From Thermoproteota archaeon (GTDB taxonomy: Archaea > Thermoproteota > EX4484-205 > JAAOZP01), in contig JBNAVT010000003.1 of NCBI GenBank assembly GCA_049700215.1, positions 31,047 to 95,046 on the forward strand: 64,000 nt of DNA, written 5' to 3'. Position 1 is the first letter of the stretch, and the number at the start of each line of letters is the position of its first letter. Both the position numbers and the translations under genes were made by a program. Under the pieces are notes generated by a model, which was given only the letters and a program-made list of their open reading frames with translations, did not search any database and was not told where the DNA came from. Below, piece after piece: positions 57,496-64,000 of the stretch.

Positions 57496-58501
57496 GCATG
57501 TTTTCAGTGCTTTCGAATCGCAAAATAGTGAAGGAGGCGTGGGTCACGACACCTGTTTTCGAGCCCTTCGCTAGGAATAGTCTGGAAGCCTTGTAGGCGT
57601 CAACGAGAGAATCATGAGCCCTGCATTCCAGGAGAGTTCTAAGAAGGGATTCAGGTATTGCTGAAACAACGTGAACAATCTTACCGTTTAAAAGCCTCCT
57701 GCAGAAACCAGTATACTTGACTATTAGAGGCGAATCCGGCCCAGCATTCTCAGCAACGAGGTCTGGAGACAATCCTAAGCCTTTCAACCCTTCAATAGCT
57801 AGCACAACCCTGTCGCATTCTACACCCTGCAAGCAGTTAGGAATTATGCTCATCGCTCTGCTGAAAGACTCGTCGAAGGGGCTCCCGCCCGCTGAAACTA
57901 TGAGAATCTGGATTGGGGTTCGAGTCGACGCCACGAACATAGGCTGAAGACTGATTAAAGCCTCGTATGCCTCAACAGGGCTTAACGAAAGAACCTTAGG
58001 GCCACTGGCTAGCGGAATAAGCATAACCACCTTCAAGTCAACATTGTCGGAAAGCTCGTTTAAATATGGTTTTAAATCAATTTTACCCCCGGAGTCAACT
58101 GCTTCCAAAAAACCTCTTGTAAACCTCCTCCAAATCTCAGGGTAGAACGGGAAGAGATTTTCACCCAAACCTCTGAAACCAATTAGAGGATCCGGGTGTG
58201 GACAGCTCACTAGGCAGGCTGACCTTATCGAATTCTCCATGGTTGAAACAGGGCTTAACAAGTCGAAGCTCAACAACTCTCTAGAGTACCCCTGGAGGCC
58301 GTTCTTTAAAACGGCGGGGAGCGTGGGATCCACCAGTAGAGCAGCCTCGCCCCTAGCCGAGTCCTTCAGGCTATTCTTCAAAGCTGAAAGCAGCATAGAA
58401 TAGTCGGTTGCCAGCTCTCTGGACACTACCCAAGCTAAATCCTCAGGGTCAACCCTAATACTTATGCTCGTCGACCCATATGGCAGCCAGACCGCCGGCA
58501 A
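57479..58501 (-). CDS. Highly divergent lactate racemase (LarA)-like protein
   Basis: N-terminal LPYG and VSAGGSPFD resemble the LarA family; the rest is weak. Confidence 0.5.
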   Translation of the reverse strand: MPAVWLPYGSTSISIRVDPEDLAWVVSRELATDYSMLLSALKNSLKDSARGEAALLVDPTLPAVLKNGLQGYSRELLSFDLLSPVSTMENSIRSACLVSCPHPDPLIGFRGLGENLFPFYPEIWRRFTRGFLEAVDSGGKIDLKPYLNELSDNVDLKVVMLIPLASGPKVLSLSPVEAYEALISLQPMFVASTRTPIQILIVSAGGSPFDESFSRAMSIIPNCLQGVECDRVVLAIEGLKGLGLSPDLVAENAGPDSPLIVKYTGFCRRLLNGKIVHVVSAIPESLLRTLLECRAHDSLVDAYKASRLFLAKGSKTGVVTHASFTILRFESTENMLEEEA

Positions 58502-58638
58502 CCCTGCTCGTCCTCAGGCTTATAGACTGGATGCGGTGCCTTTTAATAACTGTTTACGTTGAAAACCAGGGCTAAGACGCCTCATGATAGTTTGCCAAGC
58601 ATGTTTGACAACTATTGGAAAAAGTTAAATAGGATTAG

Positions 58639-59091
58639 TTGGATAATAAAGGGCGTATGTTCAGTTGGGAGTCGGACTTTGAAGAAGCGGTGAAGACGGT
58701 AAATATTTACCGTAAAAAACTACAAACTTTGAAAACAATGAAGGAAACGGGGAAAATATCCGACAAAACAGCAGATTTCCTGCAGAAGGAATTTGAAAAC
58801 TACGTGAGGTCAATCGAGGCGAAGAAGCAGACAGTCATGGAGAAGCTTGAAAACAGGATGAAGGAGGTTCAGCAGCAGATAGACGTTATTGAGAAGCTTA
58901 TAGCTAACAACGAGATCAGGTATTCCGCGCAGGAGATCGCAGATGAGAGGTATAATAAGATAGCTACCGCCCTGAACTACGCTATGGAGGAGAGTAAGAA
59001 CGAGTATGAAAGCCTGAAGGAAGCCATGGCGATACTTGAGAAGCTGCCCGACCTTATGAAGGAAAGCGAAAGCGAGCCCTTGGAAACCTAG
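58639..59091 (+). CDS. CdvA-like coiled-coil protein
   Basis: RKKLQTL...GKIS...EIRYSAQEIADERY resembles the CdvA coiled coil; no PRC barrel. Confidence 0.65.
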   Translation: MDNKGRMFSWESDFEEAVKTVNIYRKKLQTLKTMKETGKISDKTADFLQKEFENYVRSIEAKKQTVMEKLENRMKEVQQQIDVIEKLIANNEIRYSAQEIADERYNKIATALNYAMEESKNEYESLKEAMAILEKLPDLMKESESEPLET

Positions 59092-59420
59092 GTGACTGCT
59101 CCAGATTCCTTGGATACTTTTTCAAGCCTTATGCCCTTGTCGAACACTAAGTCATATATCTGGTTTATCTGGGGACTCCCGAGAGCCCTGTACTCGCTCT
59201 CCGTAAGGTAGACGATCAGCCGTGGGCTTCCGTGCCTCGGCATTAGCCCAGCTTGCTGGAGACTGCTTAAAACACCTCTAACCATCTCCTGCGCGTACAG
59301 AACATCCTCGGAAGACTTGTCGAAAACGCCGGATGGAGCTATCGACGTGAAATCCACTCTTACACCGGGCTCTCCCTCAACCTCAACGCTGCCTATGAAA
59401 GTCACTTTAACCCTAACCAT
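59088..59420 (-). CDS. Arcadin-1-like protein
   Basis: MVRVKV...G.RV....LQQ...PRLIVYLTESEY..LG...INQIYDL pattern recalled from arcadin-1 family members. Confidence 0.55.
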   Translation of the reverse strand: MVRVKVTFIGSVEVEGEPGVRVDFTSIAPSGVFDKSSEDVLYAQEMVRGVLSSLQQAGLMPRHGSPRLIVYLTESEYRALGSPQINQIYDLVFDKGIRLEKVSKESGAVT

Positions 59421-59538
59421 CTGTTAGGAAAGCATCAGCCCGCCTAATAAAGTTATTCCGGACAGTATTGATTAAGCATCTTCTCGCCTAGCCTTAGGAA
59501 AACGTTTTTAAGCGTAAAGGCTTAGGCTACGCCTCTGA

Positions 59539-60852
59539 ATGATTAGCGGAAAAGATTTCGCTGAAAACGAGGAGGAAAGAAGGAGGGCTGTTGAAACGCT
59601 CCTCCGGCTGAGCAAGCAGAAACACGACCAGGATGCTTGGAGGAGGCTGAAGGAAATACTCTACCCCTCCAGAAGGCTCGACGTCGACGTGACTATAGAT
59701 GATACTACGCTGAGAGAAGGGCTACAGATGGCTGGCTTGGCAACACCTGCCCCAGAGGATCTCGCGGAGATAGGTAGACTGCTCTACGAGATCGGTGTTG
59801 AAAGAATAGAGGTTATGACTTATACCCCGACCGATAGGGATGCGATAAGAATAATGATAGATAATGGACTCGGGGGAATACTCGCAGGATGGAGCAGGGC
59901 TGACAAGCATGACATAGACGAGATTCTCAAGCTCGATTTGAGTCAGATAGGGATAAGCCACCCTGTGTCATACTATCATTTCGCCAAATGGCCCGGGGAG
60001 AGTGTTCACAGTCTTGTGCAGAGGGTGGTTGAAGCTGTCGAATACGCTGTAGACCATGGTTTAAAGGTTTTCGTGCACGGGGAGGATAGCACTAGGGCAG
60101 ACTGGGATTTCGAGAGGAAGTTCGTAAACGCTGTCGCAGAGGCTGGTGCAGAAGTCTACAGAATATGCGACACTGTGGGCGTGGGGTGCTCTCTCCCAGA
60201 TCATCCTCTTCCAAACGGGATACCTGAGAAGATAAGGCGTCTGAAGAAAGAGACTAGAGTGAAGAGCCTGGAGATACATGCTCACGACGACCTGGGAAAC
60301 GCTGTTGAGAACACTATGGCAGCTGTAAGGGCAGCCTCGGGGCTGTATGAAAAGTTCTACGTCAGCACAACATTCCTAGGCATAGGAGAGAGGTCTGGCA
60401 ACGCTGAGACGGAGAAAATAATACTAAACCTGTATATTCACCATGGTCTTGAAAAATGGAATCTATCCCTGCTGAGAGAAACAGCTAACTTCATAGCCAC
60501 AGCGTTAAACTACCATCTTCCAACGAATAAGGCGATAGTTGGAGACTCAGCGTTCGCCCACGAGTCGGGTATTCACCTTCAGGGAATAAGAATCGCCCCG
60601 GCGATCTACGAAGTCTTCCCACCGGAGCTGGTTGGGCAGACGAGGAAGATCATAATTGGAAGGAGAACTGGGAAGCATGGAATAGTTTTAAAGCTCAGGG
60701 AGCTTATCAACCAGGATGTTGACGAGGAAGACCCGAGGCTCAAGAAGCTGGTTGAACTCGTTAGGAGCAGCCTGCTCCAGGTTGACAGGAAATACTATTT
60801 GACTGAGGAGGAGTTCAGGAAGCTAGCGGGTGAAGCAGGCTTCAGGATTTAG
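59539..60852 (+). CDS. DRE-TIM Claisen-condensing enzyme (homocitrate/isopropylmalate/Re-citrate synthase family)
   Basis: DTTLREGLQ, EDSTRAD, CDTVG, HAHDDLG, GIGERSGNA, AFAHESGIH; no LeuA regulatory domain. Confidence 0.9.
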   Translation: MISGKDFAENEEERRRAVETLLRLSKQKHDQDAWRRLKEILYPSRRLDVDVTIDDTTLREGLQMAGLATPAPEDLAEIGRLLYEIGVERIEVMTYTPTDRDAIRIMIDNGLGGILAGWSRADKHDIDEILKLDLSQIGISHPVSYYHFAKWPGESVHSLVQRVVEAVEYAVDHGLKVFVHGEDSTRADWDFERKFVNAVAEAGAEVYRICDTVGVGCSLPDHPLPNGIPEKIRRLKKETRVKSLEIHAHDDLGNAVENTMAAVRAASGLYEKFYVSTTFLGIGERSGNAETEKIILNLYIHHGLEKWNLSLLRETANFIATALNYHLPTNKAIVGDSAFAHESGIHLQGIRIAPAIYEVFPPELVGQTRKIIIGRRTGKHGIVLKLRELINQDVDEEDPRLKKLVELVRSSLLQVDRKYYLTEEEFRKLAGEAGFRI

Positions 60853-62509
60853 AATACTTCTTCACGAGATGGGTTAAATCAACCTCGAAACCGGCTACGG
60901 GATTCTCTAAACCGTTCAACTCCAATACTTCTGGATGAACCTCGCCCAGAACCCCTAGCTGGCCATTGTTAAAAACGATTTTCGCAACCCTGCCCGGCGT
61001 GAACAAGGAGTCCTCCCCCTTCTCGAACGAGACTGGCTCAACACATAGGTTGCTCAGCAGGCTCAGCACAACGGACTTGGCTTCCGAGAATGAGGCTGAA
61101 GAGTGGGCTGAAACCCCTGCCAGCGAAACCTGTGTGTCTACAAACCCGTTTTCAGACACTCTTATAACAGGGCCTGTTTCGAAGATTCTCTGAGGATACT
61201 TTTCATGCTTATTGTAAGAGAGATTCCTTATCAACCCCGGTAGGAGGGAGTCCCTGAGCATTGTGAGCTCAACGCTGGAGGAGTTTGCAAGCCTAGCCCT
61301 CTCGGCAACAGGCCTCCTAACCATGCGGTAGCTCTGATCCTCGTTGGTAATCAGGAAATTGAAGACTTCAGTGTAGCCAAGCCCTATCATGAGTAGCCTA
61401 GCCCTGTCCTGAACAATAGTCTCAGGATGCTTCAAGCCTATTGTGGAAGCCGCGGGGTAAGTCGGGGTCAGCCTCCACAGGCCATACCCTATAGCGACCT
61501 CCTCAACAAGGTCGACGTTATGCATTATGTCTACCCTGTAGGGGGGAACACCGACTCTAAACCTGCCCCCATCGTTCACCACTGAGAACCTGCATTTCAA
61601 GAAGCTCCTGTAGATCTCAGCGTTGCTCAAGTTTTCCCCGAGGAGGGAATTGATATACTGTGCTTCAACACTCATGATCCTGGGCTTGAAATCAGGATAG
61701 GTTTTCTCAGATCCGTCGTCATAGACTATCTTCACTGCTTCAATGCTCCCACCCATGTCTTTAAACAAGTATAGGAGTATGTTCAGGGCTCTTGAAGCAT
61801 AATACTCGTCTAGGGCGGTTACGTCTATGAAGAGGTTTCTGGTCTCGGGGGTTAAGCGAGTGAGCTCAGAGTTTATTATCGGCGGGAAGGATAAAACCTC
61901 CCCGGTTGAATCCACTATCACAGGATACTTGTCAAACCCTTTAATAATATGGCCATACTCTAAGCCCTTGTCAACCCATTTTAAAACCTCGTTCAGAGTC
62001 ATCCTCCTATCGATTCCAAGCGGCTTGAACGACACCCCGTCTGGGTCTGCAGCCACGTAGTAGACGGGGGGCTTAATCCTATCCAAGTCGTGTATCCCGA
62101 TGGAGACCTTACGCCTATTCCTACCAATCCCCTGGTGAAGGACTTCTTGAACATTAATCACCTCCTTCAAATCCTCCTCGCTAAGCCTAATGTTCCTCAC
62201 TACAGCGGAGCACAGGACATCCCTGATCCCCCTCAGCCTACCGTCAAAGTGGAAAACTATCCTCGGGCTTGAGGAAACCGCTTCAGGATAGCCCAGCCCG
62301 ATTTCAAGAAAACCCGCGTACGCCCTAGCGATGCCCGCGTGGCTAGAGAAGTCCGGCCTGTTAGGATTATACTCTATCTTGACAGACTCTTCGCCAACGT
62401 CCTCAATATCCGTTGCAAGCCACGGCAGGTCGTCGACAAGCTGCTTCAGCCCAACGTCAATGCCTAGGAACCTGCTCAGCCTCTCAGGGTAGACGTCTAT
62501 CACGGGCAT
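60842..62509 (-). CDS. pheT: Phenylalanine-tRNA ligase beta subunit
   Basis: PNRPD, IGIHDLD, SFPPIINS, PPYRVDI..VDLVEEVAIGYG, GEVHPEVL. Confidence 0.96.
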   Translation of the reverse strand: MPVIDVYPERLSRFLGIDVGLKQLVDDLPWLATDIEDVGEESVKIEYNPNRPDFSSHAGIARAYAGFLEIGLGYPEAVSSSPRIVFHFDGRLRGIRDVLCSAVVRNIRLSEEDLKEVINVQEVLHQGIGRNRRKVSIGIHDLDRIKPPVYYVAADPDGVSFKPLGIDRRMTLNEVLKWVDKGLEYGHIIKGFDKYPVIVDSTGEVLSFPPIINSELTRLTPETRNLFIDVTALDEYYASRALNILLYLFKDMGGSIEAVKIVYDDGSEKTYPDFKPRIMSVEAQYINSLLGENLSNAEIYRSFLKCRFSVVNDGGRFRVGVPPYRVDIMHNVDLVEEVAIGYGLWRLTPTYPAASTIGLKHPETIVQDRARLLMIGLGYTEVFNFLITNEDQSYRMVRRPVAERARLANSSSVELTMLRDSLLPGLIRNLSYNKHEKYPQRIFETGPVIRVSENGFVDTQVSLAGVSAHSSASFSEAKSVVLSLLSNLCVEPVSFEKGEDSLFTPGRVAKIVFNNGQLGVLGEVHPEVLELNGLENPVAGFEVDLTHLVKKYSKS

Positions 62510-62518
62510 AGCTTAACC
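62463..62518. repeat. Direct repeat copy A (pheS tail / pheT 5' end)
   Basis: Hand alignment with 63876-63929 gives 47 of 56 identical positions and a 2-nt gap. Confidence 0.85.
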
Positions 62519-62784
62519 ATTTTTCCATGGAGATAACTGGATTATTAAGTTTTAGCTATGAATGATAAATTCCATACCCACCCTGACTCTAGTCCCAGGA
62601 GGCAAGTTTATTTTTTCATATCGCTGAATGCGCACGCCGGTAGAATCGCAGGATCAACCGGTGCGGTGCTTCTCTTTACCATCTCGGCGTGCAATACCGC
62701 TTCGTCTTAGCTTCTGATTTCATGTTTCAGGCAATCCCTTAAATTAAAACAAAGTTTAAATATTACTTTAAAGCTAGTTTTATC

Positions 62785-63057
62785 ATGGGCGAGAAAATCA
62801 CTTCTCTAAAAATCGATCCTGAGCTTTGGAAAAAAGTGAAACTGCTTGCAGTTAAGAGGGGGATTACTCTTAAAAGTTTAATCGAAGAACTACTAACCCT
62901 CGAAGTTGAAGGAGAAGAATTCTTACTGGGCGAAGCCAATGCTTCAACAGAACTTTTGGAAACTCTAGAGGAAAGGAGGAAAAAAGGGTTAATGCCTTTC
63001 ACCATTAAATCGAAGAAGAGTGCAGTAGAGCTCATTAGAGAAGGAAGGGGAGAATAA
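62785..63057 (+). CDS. vapB: RHH-type antitoxin
   Basis: TSLKIDPELWKKVK...SAVELIREGR; directly upstream of a PIN gene. Confidence 0.8.
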   Translation: MGEKITSLKIDPELWKKVKLLAVKRGITLKSLIEELLTLEVEGEEFLLGEANASTELLETLEERRKKGLMPFTIKSKKSAVELIREGRGE

Positions 63058-63064
63058 GGGTAAG

Positions 63065-63580
63065 TTGAACACTCAAAGCTATTATGTTGACACTAGTCTT
63101 ATCATAGCGAGGTATAAACCATCGGATAGCTTATACAGGGACTCTGATGCATTTTTCAAAAGTAACTTCGTTTTCGTGGCATCTCCAGTTACGCTTGCCG
63201 AGCTATATTGCGTTTTATCGAGAGCGAGAAGTGAGCTCGATATACCGATGCAAGTTGAACCACTTTTAGATACGCTCATAACATTCATAATTAGAGACTG
63301 CAAGCTTAAACTGTTGTCTAGAAGCTATTACGTGAAAAAGGATTTGGCCCTACAGGCGTGCAGAATAGGCTTGGAGTACTATATAGCAACCAGATTAGCC
63401 GAGAATCTGAGTCTTAGGACACTGGATATGCTCCACCTTTCGTATGCACGGATATTGAGAAAAACATACGGCGTAGGCTCATTCGTCACTGGAGATGAGG
63501 AAATACTGGAGAAAGCAGAAGCCATAAGAAAAAGTTTTGGAATAAAAGTTTTTCACCCAAAACAAGTAATACAGACCTGA
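63065..63580 (+). CDS. vapC: PIN-domain toxin
   Basis: YVDTSLI, TLAEL, LRTLDMLH, FVTGD. Confidence 0.88.
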   Translation: MNTQSYYVDTSLIIARYKPSDSLYRDSDAFFKSNFVFVASPVTLAELYCVLSRARSELDIPMQVEPLLDTLITFIIRDCKLKLLSRSYYVKKDLALQACRIGLEYYIATRLAENLSLRTLDMLHLSYARILRKTYGVGSFVTGDEEILEKAEAIRKSFGIKVFHPKQVIQT

Positions 63581-63872
63581 GCCCACACCCTTTAGCATGC
63601 CAACATTCCAGAATCCTCCAAGAAAACATTATAATATGCGGAAAGACAGGCTCGCGTCCACTCTACGAACCCTGGAGTCAGCGCGTGGGGTTAGACTCCC
63701 CAGTTTTTCACAGTTTTTATAAACTGTTTTCCTTCATGCCTTTTTGCTATAATGTTTAAAGATCTCGTGGCGCGCTGATTTAACACGATAAGAAGTTACT
63801 AGTTCCTCGGCCCTGGATTTTGGCAATCGTATTTAGCCGATTAAAAATGGAAACAAGATTTGCAGCACGCTA

Positions 63873-63920
63873 CACCCTATGAACCTGCTCAGCCTCCGTG
63901 TAAACCTCTACCACGGGCAT
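63873..63920 (-). pseudogene. pheT: Remnant 5' end of pheT (direct repeat copy B)
   Basis: MPVVEVY/RLSRFIGV versus intact MPVIDVYPERLSRFLGI; ends at motif AGCACGCTA (63864-63872). Confidence 0.8.
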
Positions 63921-64000
63921 GGCTTAACCCTCCTAAGCCAGCCTAAATCGTTCTGGTACAGGACGCGAATATCCGTGACGCCCAGTCTAAGCATTAACAG
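63908..64000 (-). CDS. pheS: Phenylalanine-tRNA ligase alpha subunit, C-terminal end (partial)
   Basis: [30 protein letters not shown] matches the conserved DIR..Y.NDL.WLR tail. Confidence 0.88.
   Translation of the reverse strand: MLMLRLGVTDIRVLYQNDLGWLRRVKPCPW

Noticed and set aside
56944-57528. 194-aa plus-strand ORF
   Set aside because: Antisense shadow of the acetyltransferase gene.
1-64000. CRISPR array, tRNA, rRNA, transposase or integrase
   Set aside because: No regularly spaced repeat-spacer units, T-loop/cloverleaf patterns or DDE/tyrosine-recombinase motifs were seen by eye; a covariance-model scan would be needed to fully exclude small RNAs.

Overview
Archaeal chromosomal window of TACK/Thermoproteota type (eS25, Alba, Rpo6, thermosome, Cdc48, CdvA-like, arcadin-1-like, BRE-TATA promoters); a Brockarchaeota/Bathyarchaeia-like sugar user is only a guess. 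Two dense core blocks (about 19.4-36.4 kb and 37.3-62.5 kb) carry metabolism, Mn/Zn uptake, DNA repair (ligase, metallophosphoesterase, Lhr, TatD), chaperone and translation genes. The accessory patches (about 0-2.7, 8.7-9.8, 12.4-15.3, 18.5-19.4, 36.4-37.3 and 62.5-63.9 kb) hold toxin-antitoxin-like pairs and gene fragments. The most unusual signal is a dispersed palindrome, consensus (T)TAGCGCGCGCTA(A), with more than 25 perfect or degenerate copies, nearly all in the accessory patches. Several copies sit exactly where a recognisable gene is deleted or truncated: an aldo/keto reductase, a secreted-protein gene, a beta-helix fragment, a DUF5107-like 5' end and a duplicated pheT 5' end. Copies also flank every TA-like module. 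This suggests an undescribed recombination or end-joining scar system; the mechanism is inference. Other points: an unannotated 34-aa C2HC zinc-finger microprotein, tandem DtxR-type operators, a split pheS-pheT operon, and a thermosome subunit with Asn at the catalytic Asp position. No rRNA, tRNA, CRISPR array, transposase or integrase was recognised. All product calls come from motif recognition by eye, without database searches.
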